Of a stretch of 64,000 nt of DNA, positions 1 to 13,782 are shown in pieces. Numbering within the stretch: the stretch's first letter is position 1; each line of letters starts with the position of its first letter. The DNA comes from Flaccisagitta enflata (taxonomy: Eukaryota), in assembly GCA_965153355.1 (NCBI GenBank), contig OZ231126.1, positions 39,928,001 through 39,992,000 of the forward strand. Direction: 5' to 3'. The translations under genes and the position numbers were made by a program. The notes beneath the pieces are model-generated. The model was not told the DNA's origin. It made no database searches and saw only the letters and a list, made by a program, of their open reading frames with translations.

Positions 1-81
1 AAGGCCAGCGCTAAACTTTATCGTATCGCTACTACGTTAAACTCGTGCATATCCCAAAAACTGTTAGAGTTACGAACGTAC

Positions 82-247
82 CTTGTTTGGATTTGGCAAT
101 CCCTCGAATCCATCCATACTCGGTCTTCACCTCCGGCTGACCACCCCCTACACCTCCTCCACCTTCTCCTCCACGTACGCACGCAGCATCCGGCGAGTCC
201 CTTGATTGCGCATGGGTGCACTCTTCACCGGCGATGTCCGGTACCAA
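82..247 (-). CDS. Internal exon of a carboxylesterase/cholinesterase-family gene: domain end, Gly linker and start of a new COesterase domain (LVPDIAG...GGGQPEVKTEYGWIRGIAKSKQ)
   Basis: On the minus strand a (CT)n tract and tttcag acceptor precede 247 and AG|gtacgt follows 82. 166 nt, phase 0 to 1. PxVxTxxGxIRG is the canonical N-terminal motif of type-B carboxylesterases. Confidence 0.7.
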
Positions 248-250
248 CTG

Positions 251-312
<62 letters not shown>

Positions 313-316
313 CGAG

Positions 317-356
<40 letters not shown>

Positions 357-593
357 CAAAAATTATGATAGAAATATGGAACACACACCAAAGCCTATAT
401 GACCTGATGGCCAAAACACAAATATCTGAACATTTATTGGTCTCATGGGGAGCCACAATATTTTCAATTTTTGAATGGCTTGCTAAGAGACTCTATAAGA
501 GGGTATGACGGCGTCCCTCCGAAGGCCACATTCGTGTTTCAAAGAAGATCAAAATGGAAATTATGTGTAAATGACAATACAAAAGCGAGTGAA

Positions 594-1010
594 TAAAAGT
601 GATTGAGATGGTTAGACAAAATATTTAAAAGAATAATTTGCATTCATTAAGAAAGAGGACCATGTTTAGCCATTGTTACTAAAAATAAATTATTGAAAAT
701 TTATATTTTTCTTTAATTCTGATCACTGACAGGGGGATGGTCAAAATTCTAAATTTGCATAAAATATGAAAAAATGAAAAAACAAAAAACATGGTTCTCT
801 TCCCGAATTGATTACAGAGAGAACTATGTTTTTCAAAATGCAAAATTTGCCTGTGTGTGGCTTTTTTAGAAATTCGACCTCAAAAAATGAAAAAAGTGTA
901 AATAGAAATTCACTAAAACCGTTATTTTTCTGATTGTTTTTTTTTTTGTAAATCACATAGTTTAAATTACATTTTAGGTACAAATATGATAAAGATTTGT
1001 GCACCAAGTA
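594..1010. repeat. Dispersed repeat (probable non-autonomous DNA transposon fragment)
   Basis: Reverse-complement homologue at ~36890-37310. Confidence 0.7.
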
Positions 1011-3078
1011 CCTTTGGAGATAATGTGTCTACTAAAATCATTCCAGCTTCTTTAGTGTCCTGATAATGATGCGAAAAGTAAGGTGAAACACTTAATATTC
1101 CTTCAAACATTTGCTGTCGTATGTCCGTGGGAAAGAAGGAACGAAGTTATGAATTATGAAGGAACGTCCGAAATGCGAAATGTTCGATGGCGCTAAATCA
1201 GCTGAAATAGCGCTTTCCGAGCATGACAGCGCCTCCTCACCTACAATACAACCCCTGCCCAGCCGTATGATAGCCCCTGGCTTACTGGCCATGTATCCGG
1301 CCTAGTTACTGGTCGCGTGCTACGCGACTCTATAACCCGGCCGGTCCGTGGGTCGGATGGTCTCCGTTAGCTTTTTCGACGTTTTCCGGCGTCTTTTGCA
1401 TTACTGCTCCTGTCCAAATGCTCAAGTTGGCCTTTTTTATCACTGCCCCTGCCCACCTGCACGCAACTTCGGTAGCCGTGTATCCCGCTTTTTTTTTTGT
1501 AAAGGGAATACGATAACCTGTTTTGAGAACTCCGACATGACGTCGTTGATACTAATTGTTTTTGTGAAGATCATATCACGTTCATCGTTCTGTAATGAAT
1601 TTAACTGTCTTTTTTTCGAACTAGCATCCTTTTGGTCAACCAGTAATGTCAAAGCAGGTCAACTACCCCTGTCAAGGTACTTAGCCATTCGTCAGGTCAA
1701 CAAGTCCTGTCAAGGCAGTGAAGGCACTCTACCATCCATCACTGAGCTGATCTTCTGACCACAATGATTGCGAAAAAAAAACGACTTCTGCAATGAGCTG
1801 CCTTCCTTTCAGCTAAGACAGAGGCGTCCTGGAACGGAGGGAGGAATTGCAATGTTCATGTTGGGTAAAAAGACAATTTGAATACATTGTGGAAAGGGCG
1901 TGAGTAAAGAGTGGGCAATGCCTAAAGGGTAGATGGAGCTAGGAAAGTGTGGCGATGGTCTGAGATCAGCGCGAGGACAATATGGGGATGTTGTTAGGAC
2001 AGTTTGAGGTGATTCCAGGACAGTTGAGTGCGAGGACAGTGCAATCGCGTGTGTCAATATTCCAAAGACTTTTTAATCAGATCATCAACCATCAAAAAGC
2101 GTTAGGTGATATTTTCAAAAATACTTTTACTCATTCACACTTTTTTAATCCATGTTTAACCTCTTTTTGTATTTCACTGTTTTGCTGGTTTTGCATCAGA
2201 ATTTTTTATCCTAAGATTAAGATACTTACACATTTTTTAATTTACACTCTATAAAGTCTTAAAAAATCCTTTATCCAAGGAAAAAAAATCATATCAGATT
2301 AAATTTTTTCTTAAGAATTCATGAATCTCAATTCAAACAAAATTGAGTGAAATCCCTTAAAATATAGACTCATGTAAAAAAGAAATAGAAAATTGATAAA
2401 ATTTTACAAGATAATAATGTTATCTTTTAATTGATATCCTCATACTATCTTTATGAGGATGATCAATAGACCTTTCGCATATTGACACATCCAAACAGTG
2501 GAGATGGAGTGGAGATGGTGCCAAGTGCAAACGACTGCAAACAGAAGATTAAAACTCAAGAAAGACAAAAAAAAACAAAAAAAACAAAACAAAGAGGAAC
2601 TATACTAGGAACATCAAGAACCATTACTCATGCGAACAAACTAGACGCTGACAAATGTCTCCTCATGTCTAAAGTCTGTCTCCAACCCTCAAAGTCACTC
2701 ACACAGAAAACCAGACAACTCAGAAAACCAGAAAATCAGAAAGCCAGCAAAGTTACACTAGCGTGTAATTAAAGGTCACCAATGTCGTGTCTCCTCTGGA
2801 GTACAATGAGTCCCTATCTTATTCCTTTAAACCGTCCCATGTCGGATAAGGCGAAGTGAGCTCGCAAGTAAACTGATCAAGATCAATGAGTGGAGTGAGC
2901 CATGTGGGCGAGGAAACGCAGTGAGCAACCAATTGACCCGTTTTAGTTCTTTTTTTAGGTGCGACAAAGCACCTCTATAACTGGCTGTGTCCGTCGGTCG
3001 ATCTGTTGGTCGGTCGGGTAACGCATTCGTTCGACGATCCACACGTCGCACCTTTTTGGCCTACTTGGCCTTGTTTTT

Positions 3079-3254
3079 AGTCGCGGACACGCGACTCTAC
3101 ACCTTGCCGTGTCGGTCGGTAGGTCGGTAGGTCCGTCGGTCCGTCCGTCCGTCCGTCCGTCCGTCCGTCCGTCACATTTTTGAATTCCGAGCAGTTTTCG
3201 CATTACTGCTCCTGCCCAACCGTCCGCGACTGGATTGCCGTGTATCCGGCCTTG
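3079..3254 (+). mobile_element. DINE-1/Helentron-associated (HINE)-like element, family 1, representative copy
   Basis: 5' hairpin agtcgcg..cgcgact, (GTCC/GTCG)n core, 3' subterminal inverted repeat cgcgact, terminal hairpin gccg-tgtatc-cggc, T-rich flanks. Other copies near 1312, 3355, 3709, 12336, 12657, 20635, 24771, 25030(-), 28717(-), 46675(-), 60160. Confidence 0.7.
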
Positions 3255-4324
3255 TTTTTTGTGCGGAATAAACCCGCCCAGAATGTTGGTGAGAGGTGGC
3301 CTCGCCATCCATCTAGTTACTCAACAATGTCTTTCCTTCACCATATCTACTTAAGACATGCGCTTCGCAACTCTTCACCCCGCTTTGTCCGTCGGTCTGA
3401 CGGTTGTTTGGTTGGTTGGTCACGTTTTACTTTTTTTATGTTTTTGCGGCCCTTGGCCTCACTTCTCCTGCCCAAATGCTTCAGTGACTTCAAATATGGC
3501 CCCTGCCCACCCGCACGCGACTTGGGTAACCGTGTATCCGTCTTTGTTGGTCATATGCCTCGCGACATAATGAGTGATTGTGTCTATCGGTAGGTCTGTT
3601 TGTTGGGAGTTGACGCGAAACCGGTCAGAATCGTGATCATGCTTATCCGCAGCTTTATGCAATTATGGCCCTGTATCCGGCATCGCTATAGATGCTTTTT
3701 CGGTTATTAGTCGCGTGTTACGAGACTATTTACCCTGGTCTCCATCCATCGGTCAGTCCTCCACGTTTTACTCTTATGTTTATGCGGTCTTTGGCCTCAT
3801 TGCTCCTGCTCAAATGCTCTAGTGACCTCAAATACAGCCCTGCCCATCCGCTTGGGACTGAGGTAACCGAGTATCCGGCCTTGTTGTTATATGTCCTTCC
3901 ATCTGTAAATTTCCTTTTCTCCGACTAACCTTCCTTGCTCTTTTTCTCCCTCCATTCTATTTTCCTTCTAGCCCCCCTCTCTTTACTTTCTCTTCTTTCT
4001 TCTTTATCTTTTCGTCTCTCTGTCCGTCGGTCGGTCCGTCAAACACCGAATGAAATGCCTTAATATGCGTCATCAATTCAATGAATGTCTGTCCATCCGG
4101 ATGCATCTGTAGGTCCATCACGCTGCTCCTCACATCACATGGTTGACATATCGAGTCGCCTGATCCTTTCCTTTTCTCCCGGTTCCTTTTTCGTACAGTA
4201 CGTTTAGTTCAAAGACGGCTTTTTTGGAGGCTCTCCTCTTAGTCACATCTTTGCACAAACTGTCATAATCTATACATTTTCTTAAAGCTAACGCTTGACT
4301 TTGTTGCCTGAAAAAATGTTTTAT

Positions 4325-5925
4325 ATCGAATGTTTGTATCAATATTGAATATTTATGCTTGGTATCAAACATTTGTTTTGATATCTAATGTTTATGTTTT
4401 GATATCGAATGTTTATATTTTGATATCGAATGTTTATGTTTTGATATCGAATGTTTGTTTTGATATCGAATGTTTATGTTTTGACATCGAATGTTTATGT
4501 TTTGACATCGAATGTTTATGTTTTGACATCGAATGTTTATGTTTTGACATCAAATGTTTAGGTTTTGATATCGACTCTTTATGTTTTGTTATCGAATGTT
4601 TATGTTTTGATATTGAATGTTTATGTTTTGATATCGAATGTTTGTTTTGATATCGAATGTTTATGTTTTGATATTGAATGTTTATGTTTTGATATCAAAT
4701 ATTTATGTTTTGATATCAAATGTTTATGTTTTGATATGATTAGATTAGATTAGATTAGTCGTAGTGCCCCTAGGCCAGCGTCCGCTGGCATGGCGGGGAC
4801 GTCGCTCCATTTTTTTTTCCATGGCGATGAGATTATCCATTTTCTCCATCGTTCGTCCTCTCCACGTCATTCGTTCCATCGCCGTTTCTTGGTTGGTTTA
4901 GTCTCCATCTGTCGTAACTGTTTTTGAATCCGTTGATCGACGTCTGATTCTTTACTTCTTCCGGTAGCTCATTCCACTTCTTCACCACTCTCACGGTGAA
5001 GAAGTGCTTCCGCACGTCCAATCGCGCTCTTTCTTGCTGCAGGATCAGTTCTTTCCTCTTTTCTCCTCCTCCCGTTATTATCGTGTTTGCCCATGTCGGT
5101 CTGGCCTCATGACCAACTTCCTTAAACCATTCTTCCTTCTCCACTTTGTTGAAACCCTTTAGTGTTTTGAAACCCTTTAGTGTTTTGAATGTCTCGATTA
5201 GATCACCTCTCGTCCTCCTCTCTTCCAGCGTTGTCAGCCCTGTCGCCGTTAGTCTCTCTTCGTATGTCCCTCGCACATTTGACAACATTTTGACCATCCG
5301 CTCCTGCACTTTTTCCATTGCCTTCATGTCTGTCACGTACCAAGGGCTCCACGCTGCGACCGACGACTCAAGTCTTGGCCTCACGAAAGTTTTGTAGAGT
5401 GGAATTATCATCTCTTTCTTGCGATAATGAAATGCGCGCCGGATTTGCCCCAAGGCAAAGTTTGCATTTTTAGCAGCAGAATTGCACTGTTTTGATGGTT
5501 TCAGATTCTCCGTCATCCATACACCAAGGTCTTTTTCGTCTTTAGTTTCCTCCAATTCGATTCCATCCATATAATACTTGGTTTTGAGATTGTTTTTTCC
5601 AACGTGAAGTACCTTGCACTTCTTTGTATTATATTCCATTCCCCATTTTTTGGCCCATGCTGCCAAATTATCGATAGTTTCCTGCATTTTTTTGGCGTCC
5701 TCCAGTGATTCCAGTGATATCGAATGTTTGTTTTGATATCAAATGTTTATGTTTTGATATCGAATGTTTATGTTTTGAAATCGAATGTTCATGTTTTAAT
5801 ATCGAATGTTTATGTTTTAGTATCGAATGTTTGTTTTGATATCGAATGTTTATGTTTAGTATCGAAGGTTTATGTTTTAATATCGAATGTTTGTTTTAAT
5901 ATCGATTATCTATGTTTCAATATTG
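4325..5925 (+). repeat. 21-bp minisatellite (gatatcgaatgtttatgtttt)n, split by a CR1 insertion
   Basis: Units at 4325-4736 resume at 5716-5925. Confidence 0.9.
4738..5715 (-). mobile_element. 5'-truncated CR1-group LINE (RT C-terminus, ORF 4833-5687) with (CTAAT)n tail
   Basis: W.MEYN.KKCKVLH.G, EKDLGV, LYKTFVRP.LE, RGDLIETFK and RVV..WN.LP motifs; (gatta)n at 4738-4758. Confidence 0.92.
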
Positions 5926-6059
<134 letters not shown>

Positions 6060-6344
6060 CCACATAAACCGATTGATTTGTTTTAATCAAACTGACACGT
6101 GTATGTGTACGTGTTCCTTTGCAAGATCAAAAAAGGAAATCAATCATTTCATAATATAGAGCTTCTCAAGGTCTCTCTGATGGTGCAATCCGCATGCTTC
6201 TATCTTTCTTAGTTCGCGTTTGGCAGCCTGTCAAAGCTGAAAGGTGTATGTTACGAATCTCCGATTTCGAAAAATTTGTTTCGCCGTTTCGTTTGCGAAG
6301 GAAGCAATAAGGAATATATTCAATGACTTTTCCATCATGGCCAC

Positions 6345-6452
6345 GGCTCGCAGTTTGGTCTAGTGGTTAACGCGCTGGACTTCAACTGAGACTGTTTCTT
6401 ATTGCTGGTGACATGTCTTTGTTGAGCTGCTAGTTCGAACCCGGGGGAAACT
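6345..6452 (+). other. tRNA-derived segment (Pol III A/B boxes), not an intact tRNA
   Basis: A box tggtctagtgg and B box agttcgaacc with over-long spacing; no complete cloverleaf seen. Confidence 0.45.
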
Positions 6453-6622
6453 CTCAACTTTCTTTTTCTCAAGGTTAAGGTGCTCCGATTGAGCTGAAAT
6501 TTTTTCAGGCAACAAAGTCAATCATGGGCTTTAAGAAAATGTATAGATTATGACAGTTTGTGCAAAGATGTGACTATGAGGGGAGCCTCCAAAAAAGCCG
6601 TCTTTGAACTAAACGTACTGTA

Positions 6623-7147
6623 GGCGGCCCCAAAGGGCCGATGTCCTGTAGAACACAGGGGGGATTTTCCAGACGTCTGTCCGTCCTTCCGTCCTTCCAT
6701 CCGTCCCCCCCCCCAGTTGGCCATCAAGGCCTCAAATTTGCCCTCCCAGCCCTCAATTTAGTCCTCTAGGCCTCAAATCAGCTTTCCAGGCTTCAAATCG
6801 ACCCCCCTCCCCCGCCTCAAATCTACCCTCCAGACCTCAAATCTGCTCTCCAGACCTTCAATTACCCCTCCAAGCATCAAATCAGCACTCTGTGGCTCAA
6901 ATATGCCCTTTAAACCTCAAATCTGCTCTTTGAGCCTAAATTCTGCCCCCAAGCCTTCAAATATGCCTTCAGTGGCCTAAATCAGTCTGAAATATGCCCC
7001 CTTAGGACATCTGGAAATTCCCCCCTGTGTTCTACAAGACATTGGTCCTTTGGGGCCGCTGCCTTGCTCTCACTCCACATCTTCACTGGACCACTCCCAA
7101 CAGGGTATCGGGTACCGCTGACCATGTGCGATCATTGGATGACTAGT
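6623..7147 (+). mobile_element. Family 2 interspersed element: asymmetric ~45-bp inverted repeats, internal minisatellite, fixed 3' tail (HINE-like)
   Basis: gcggccccaaagggccgatgtcctgtagaacacagggg and its inverse, then tail ...gggtaccgctgaccatgtgcgatc.ttggatgactag. Copies at 17021-17358, 39692-40187, 48073-48579(-), 63230-63654. Confidence 0.7.
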
Positions 7148-7165
7148 TTGTTCTAATGTTCCAGG

Positions 7166-7620
7166 CTGAGCCGGACTTACCCTCCGCGGGGCCCTAGGCT
7201 TGACTGCTACCACAGGGCCCCCAGCCCCCTCTGTAGGCCGTATTACCCTTTCTCGTTGGCTTTTTCTATCTCTGCTGCTCCACCTCTTCCTTTACCAAAA
7301 GAATATTGATATTTATTTCTTTTTGTTTATGAAATATTACAATGAAATTTTTTCTTCAAATATTGAATATATTAAATTGCGAAAAAAATCTAATAGATTA
7401 TAGTTTGCATCTTTATAATAAGCAAGGGATTAAAAAAAATGAAAAATTTTTAAAGATTTTTTGAAAATTCAGTAGTTCCCCTTTTGAACAAAACTATTAT
7501 CTCTACCAATGGAGCTTTTCGTTCTTTCTGTGTTTTTTTTTTGCTTCTTTGTCATTCTCTCTTTACCATTCTCTCTCTGTCTTTCTCTTTGTCTTCCATT
7601 CTATCTTTTTTCTCTTTCTC

Positions 7621-7692
<72 letters not shown>

Positions 7693-7805
7693 TCATTCTC
7701 TTTTTTCTCTTTTTTCTTTTTTTTCTAATCTTTTTTCTAAGTTGGGGGCTCTACCGCGGGGCCCTAGGCTTAACCCTCTTAAGCCTATTAGGAAGTCCGG
7801 CTCAG
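7166..7805. mobile_element. hAT-type MITE
   Basis: 8-bp TSD gttccagg (7158-7165, 7806-7813); TIR ctgagccggactt. Confidence 0.85.
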
Positions 7806-7876
7806 GTTCCAGGTAATTCGTAAGTGTTTTGTCATATTCGTCTTTTCACCATTGTAATTCTTCATATTTTCAATTG

Positions 7877-7984
<108 letters not shown>

Positions 7985-8617
7985 TTTCGTGCCTTGGCCT
8001 CTTTGAGCCTTTTCATTGGCTTTCATTTTTTCGCTCTATATTTTCCTATAGCTTCTGTCAATAACACATTTCTTTCTTCAACGCCAGAGGCGCAAAACGT
8101 GTCACTCTACCTATCTCTCTGTCTGCCCGCCCGAGTGTCGGTCTCTCTATCTCGTTGTCTATCTATCTTTGATTTTCGCCTTTGTATTTCCCTTCTGTAT
8201 TATACTTCCTTCATTGGCCTATGTCATTGTCCTATTTCTCGTACCTCAGCCCAGTATATATGTCCATTGATCTTCATCCTCTCTTTTTTCCAGTCTTCTT
8301 GCATTTCCTTCTTCCATCTTTTTTTCCTTCTGTCCTTCTTCTGTTATCCTTCGCCATTAGAGCTTCTCTCCCTGGCCCTTGTCCATACAAAACTCCAGAA
8401 TCTATCCATTCTTAGAACTCCTCCGTTTGTCCTTCATTCTGTCCTTCTCCCCATGTTCTGTTCCGCGTGTCCTTACCTCGGTCGAGAATCCGTCTACAAT
8501 TTACTTTTATCTCGTCTCATCCATTCTTATTGATCTTCCCGGTCCCTCCCTCATCATGTCCTTCCCTCTTCCATCATTTCGTGCTACCCCTCTCATCCAT
8601 TTCTCTCTTGTCCTTAC

Positions 8618-8873
8618 CTCTGTCCAAAATCTGAATCTACGACGAAATTTTTGGCTCATTCCATTTCCGCTTTCGTCGGCAAAGGAACAAAAAGAAGTTT
8701 CCACGCCTCCGCTCATCACCGATGAAGGCGACGATAATGACGATAATGACGAGGAAGAGGAGGAGGAGGAGGAAGAAGAGGAAGAGGAGGAAGAGGAAGA
8801 AGAGGAAGAATCCGATATCACGTGACAAGAGGGCGTTCTGGCGGTGAAGTGAGACCATGTAGCATTTGGAGAA
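8618..8873 (-). CDS. Internal exon encoding a carboxylesterase-domain C-terminus (xSPNATWSHFTARTPSCHVISD-polyS-...KFRRRFRFWTE)
   Basis: tctctcgacag acceptor, GAG|gtaagg donor, 256 nt open, phase 2 to 0, compatible with exon 82-247. Matches the (G)xPN..W..F/Y and R..FW..LVP end-of-domain pattern. Confidence 0.65.
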
Positions 8874-9675
8874 CTGTCGAGAGAAGAGAAATTGAATGAA
8901 ATTAATGAGTGAATCGATGAATGAACGAATGAACGAATGAATGAATGAATGAATGAATGAATGAATGAATGAATGAATGAATGAATGAGTTCATTGATGA
9001 AGGAATGAATGAATGAATGAATGAATGAATGAAGGAATGAATCGATAGAAATAATGTTATCTATGGAGATTTGTCACGGTATGGAGAGAGAGAAAAATTT
9101 GATGACATGAATGAATGAATGAATGAATGAATGAATGAATGAATGAATGAATGAATGAATGAATAAATGAATGAATGAATGAATGAATGAATGATTGATT
9201 GATTGATTGATTGAATGAAGGAATGAATGAATGAATGAATGAATGATTGATTGAAGGTACTTAATAGAATAGAAGAATTTTTCGTAAAAATGAATGAAAG
9301 GATTGACGAGTGAATAAATGAGTGCATGAATGACTCTCTAGCAAACAGAATTGTGTAATGAAACAGAATTGTGTAATGAAGAAACAAAGAAACAATCAGT
9401 AGATATTTTTGAGTTGAAAATGAAAACAGTTGAGCTTCACTAGAGCGCATTTCAAGGGACGGAGCAAAAGCATGCCTTATTGCTTTATTGCCCTATTGCT
9501 AATATAGAAATAACTACAGTGGGGTTTGTGGAATAACAGCCTAAACTGGAAGAAGTAATTTAAGTGTCTTAATTTCATTTTACAAATTTGTTATTTGAAA
9601 TACAAGTTATTTAATTGATGCTTTTGTCCCTGAGTTTTTCGGTTGCTATGGAAACCAAAAATCTTTTTTCAAACA

Positions 9676-11764
9676 AAGACTTCTTGCACACTCTTTGTGA
9701 ATCTAATCCTGATGCAATCCGAGCCATTCAAGAGCATTGGCTTAAACCTCCATTCAAAAAACAATTAGGCGTTAACAACCTACGAAGCCTTCATCCCAAT
9801 TTCGATGGCTTTGGAACATCGGCAATGAAACATGCTGTTGAGTCACGCATTGTCAAAGGGCGACCATTCGGGGGAACCGGATTTTTATTAAATAAGAAAT
9901 TTGCTAACTGTTTAAAGCCATTATTAGATTATGCACATGAACGAGTCACAGTCATGAAACTTGACACAATGTCATTTCCTATCTTGCTTATCAATGTATA
10001 TTTTCCATATTTCAACTCACGTGACCAAGCAATCCATATGTCAATGTATCGTGACACTCTCGGCTTTGTGGAGAATATTATGTCGCAAAATCCTGATTGC
10101 AAATTTATGATATTGGCTGACCTTAATTGCAACATTTATGACACGGCTCATCCATTTTCCAAATTGATTCGTGAAACCATGGAGAAATTTGATTTGGTTT
10201 CTAGCTTCGATCTAAACCCGAATTTCGATTATAATTCATCATTCACACGATCTGACATCAAAACAAATTCATACACTCTCATTGATGGCATACTAATTAG
10301 TAGCGAACTTAGTGATAGTGTAAGTGATGTACGAATCTTAATGCACGGCGATAATTTATCCGATCATTGTCCAGTGGAGCTCGAGCTCCAGGTCAATGTC
10401 TCTCAAATATGCATTAAGAAAACAGTTTTGCCACAATATGTAAACTGGAAAAAGTTAACCGATCTCGACAAGACACGTTTTGAAGACGCCATGAGAACGA
10501 ATTTGGCGTTAATCAGTGTTCCATTTCATTCCATTCTTCATGGTGACAAATGCTGCTTCGATGATTCGCACAAATTTACGCTGGAGCAATACTACTGCAA
10601 CATAATGTCGGCTGTGGTAAAGGCAGAAAGTGTATTACCCAAAACCAATCCAAATTTTGAACGCTCGTTTTAGGATGATGACTTGTCTGAGCTTAAAACT
10701 TGTTCCATTGAATGTAACAATTATTGGAAAAGTGTAGGCTGTCCAAAATCTGGTCCTGATTTTGACTGTCGAAAAGCCTGTCACTATAAATATAAAGCGG
10801 CAGTGAGAAGAAAGAAAAAAAGTACGGAAAAGATGCATAATGATAAAATGAAAGACGATCTCTTGAACAAGGATAGCTTTGCATTCTGGAAATCTTGGAA
10901 AAAGATGAACGGTTCGCGAGAAAGCACAGCAACGCGAATTAGTGGGAAAACTGAGGCAAAAGATATCGCTGACACATTTGCGTCATATTTTGAATCAGTA
11001 TACGGAGATCATGAAACTCCAGAACATGAAGCCTTAAAGAAAAAATTTGAAGAGAAGTACGCGGAATATTTCTCACAACACAAAGACAATATCATTTCAC
11101 CTCATTTCCATTCATGGTCCGAGATGATGGACATCGTCGCCAAAATCAAACCCGGCAAATCATCCTCTGGTACTTGTAAACCTGAGCATATTCTTTTTGG
11201 TAGTCCTGTACTCATATGCCACTTACAACTACTTTTCAACGGCCTAATTCAGCATGGATACGCTCCCACTGACTCTCTGAAAGGTTCCATTACTCCCATA
11301 GTAAAAAATCCTCAGGGAGACATATCAGATCCATCGAATTACCGAGGCATCACTCTAAGTTGCCTACCCGCAAAACTTTTTGAATTTGCCATCCAGCTCA
11401 AAACATCTCATTTGCTGGAAACAGACGACCTTCAATTCGGCTTTAAGAAAAAAACGAGCACCGGCCATGCACTATTCTCTCTAAAAACTACGGTAAACCA
11501 TTTCAATGATAATGGCTCAAACGTGTATGCTGCCTTCTTAGATTGTACAAAAGCTTTCGATTGTATCAGTCATTTCGGACTTTTTACCAAATTGATGGAG
11601 AGATCTATTCCACTGTGTATTCTCCTTTGCCTCATTTATTGGTACCTCAACATGATTTGCAATGTAAAGTGGGAAAATGAAATAAGCAGGAGTTTTAAAG
11701 TTCCACTCGGCATAAAGCAAGGAGGCATCAATTCGCCTGAATTCTTTGGATGCTATATTGACGA
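9676..11764 (+). mobile_element. Non-LTR retrotransposon ORF2, 5' part (APE endonuclease + RT N-half); pseudogenised
   Basis: QEHWL, GRPFGG, DLN and SDH endonuclease motifs; NYRGITL, QFGF, D..KAFD and G.KQG RT motifs. In-frame TAG at 10671-10673. Clade possibly RTEX-like (inference). Confidence 0.93.
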
Positions 11765-12905
11765 TAGTATGGTCCAGAAAAGTATCATTTTGAGAAATCA
11801 AGTGGTGGAAAAGGCGTTTCTGAACCCATTTTTCATGCTGAAGTCAGTGGTAATGGTCCCGAGGATGTAAAATGATCGGATACCCCACAACATTTGCCCT
11901 GAATGAGCATACACACCAATTTTGACATATTTCAGCCATTTTGATCATATATGTGGTGTTTTAATGTGCCTCTCTCTAAAAATAAGCATAAAAGCCACTC
12001 TGATTGATTTTGACAATAGAACAATACATTACCATACATTTTTCAAACATTTTTACATCAAATGATGTGTTTTTCCACTCCCGGGGCCCCGTATCGAGCA
12101 TAAAATTCCAACTCTTGGCAGTTTATTCCTTTTTTTACTGTTGTTGCTGATGTTTTTGTTGTTCTTGTTCTGGTTGTTGCTGTTGTTGATGCTATTGTTG
12201 TTGTTGCTATTGTTGTTGTTGTTGTTGTTGTTGTTGTGGTTGTGGTTGTGGTTGTTGTTGTTGTTGTTGCTGTTAATGCTGCTGCTGCTGTTGTTGTTGT
12301 TGTTGTTGCTATAAAGTGTTCATTCCGTGATTTTTAGTCGCGGACACGCGACTCTACACCTTGCCATGTCGGTCGGTAGGTCCGTCCGTCAGTCCGTCCG
12401 TCCGTCCGTCACATTTTTGAATTCCGAGCGGTTTTCGCACTACTGCTCCTGCCCAACCGTCCGCGACTGGTTTGCCGTGTATCCGGCCTTGTTTCCCTTT
12501 AAAAGCAGCAGTTGTTGATGCTGATGCTGATTTTTATGTCGTTGTTGTTGTTATTGTTATTATTGTTATTCATGGTTGTTGTTGTTGCTGTTGTTGTTGT
12601 TGTTGTTTTGATGTTGTAAGTAGATATCATTTGATTTTTGACAACTCAATATTTTTAGTTGCGTGCTACGCGACTCTACAACCTGCTTTGTCAGTCTGTC
12701 GGTGCGTCCGTCAGGCCGTCCATCAGTCTGTCCATTGGTCCGTCACACTTTATTTTTTTTTTTGGTGTTTGCGGTCTTTTGCCTCACTGCTCCCGCCCAA
12801 ATGATTAAGTGACCTCAAATACAGCCCCTGCTTACCTGCACGCGACTGGGGTAGCCGTGTATCTGGCCTTGTTTATCTATGCAAAGCATCTGCCTCTCAG
12901 TAAAA

Positions 12906-13011
<106 letters not shown>

Positions 13012-13166
13012 GCTGTTTTCATTGTCATTTTATGTACTTTTTTTCCTTTCCTATTGTATTTGTTATTGATATTGTTTATCTCATTATAAGTGTTCATCCT
13101 TCAATCAGATCATTTATTACTGTAAGTTTTATTTGTTGAAATTCAATTGTTTGAAAAGAAACCATA

Positions 13167-13782
13167 CACTGTGCTTTCAATCAAAATCTGAGTGAAAAAT
13201 CATATAACAGTGGGTTTCTCCGCATTGTTGTGTAGGGTTGGGGTGTGATAACATGTAACTAGCCAAAATAAAATCATTCACCGAGCGCTTTTTTAGTAAT
13301 CTTCAAAATGGAAAAAAATTAGACCCATTTTCAATGAAGATTCTACTGAGTTGTATTGACCTATTTTTTGACTTCATATTGTTAATCTATGCAAAATTCC
13401 CTTTCATTTGATAGGTCACACTATATGGTTTAATTTCAAAATAAAGTTTTCATTTTTTGAGCCACCGTTACTTTTTTGTAACGGTGACTCAAAAAAAGAA
13501 AATTTTAATTCTTTGCAAAAGTATAGAGTGCGACCTATCAAATGAAAGGGAATTTTGCATAGATTAATAATATGGAGTAAAAAACTAGGTCAATACAACT
13601 CAGTAGAATCCTTATTGAAAATGGGTCTAAATTTTTTCCATTTTGAAGATTGCTCAAAAAGCGCTCGGTGAATGATTTTGTTTAGGCTAGTTACATGTTA
13701 TCACACCCCAACACTACACAAAAATGCGGAGAAACCCACTGTTATATGATTCTTCACTCAGATTTTGATAGAAAGCACTGTG
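13167..13782. mobile_element. Fully palindromic MITE, CAC...GTG ends, 4-bp TSD (Chapaev-like)
   Basis: cata|cactgtgctttc...gaaagcactgtg|cata; arms complementary to a centre near 13474. Confidence 0.85.

Noticed and set aside
202..508. ORFs of ERER/SLSL/HTHT/CVCV/poly-L type here and throughout the track
   Set aside because: Translations of stop-free microsatellites with no domain content or splice support.
1630..1860. Possible decayed transposase fragment loosely resembling 14200-14420
   Set aside because: Similarity too weak and broken to support without a search.
4325..5925. Regular 21-bp repeats resembling a CRISPR array
   Set aside because: Head-to-tail units without unique spacers, no cas genes, eukaryotic context.
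6345..6452. Functional tRNA gene
   Set aside because: No complete acceptor or anticodon stems; kept only as a tRNA-derived segment.
9615..9675. Apparent signal-like N-terminus of the 352-aa endonuclease ORF
   Set aside because: It is MITE sequence read in frame into a 5'-truncated LINE.
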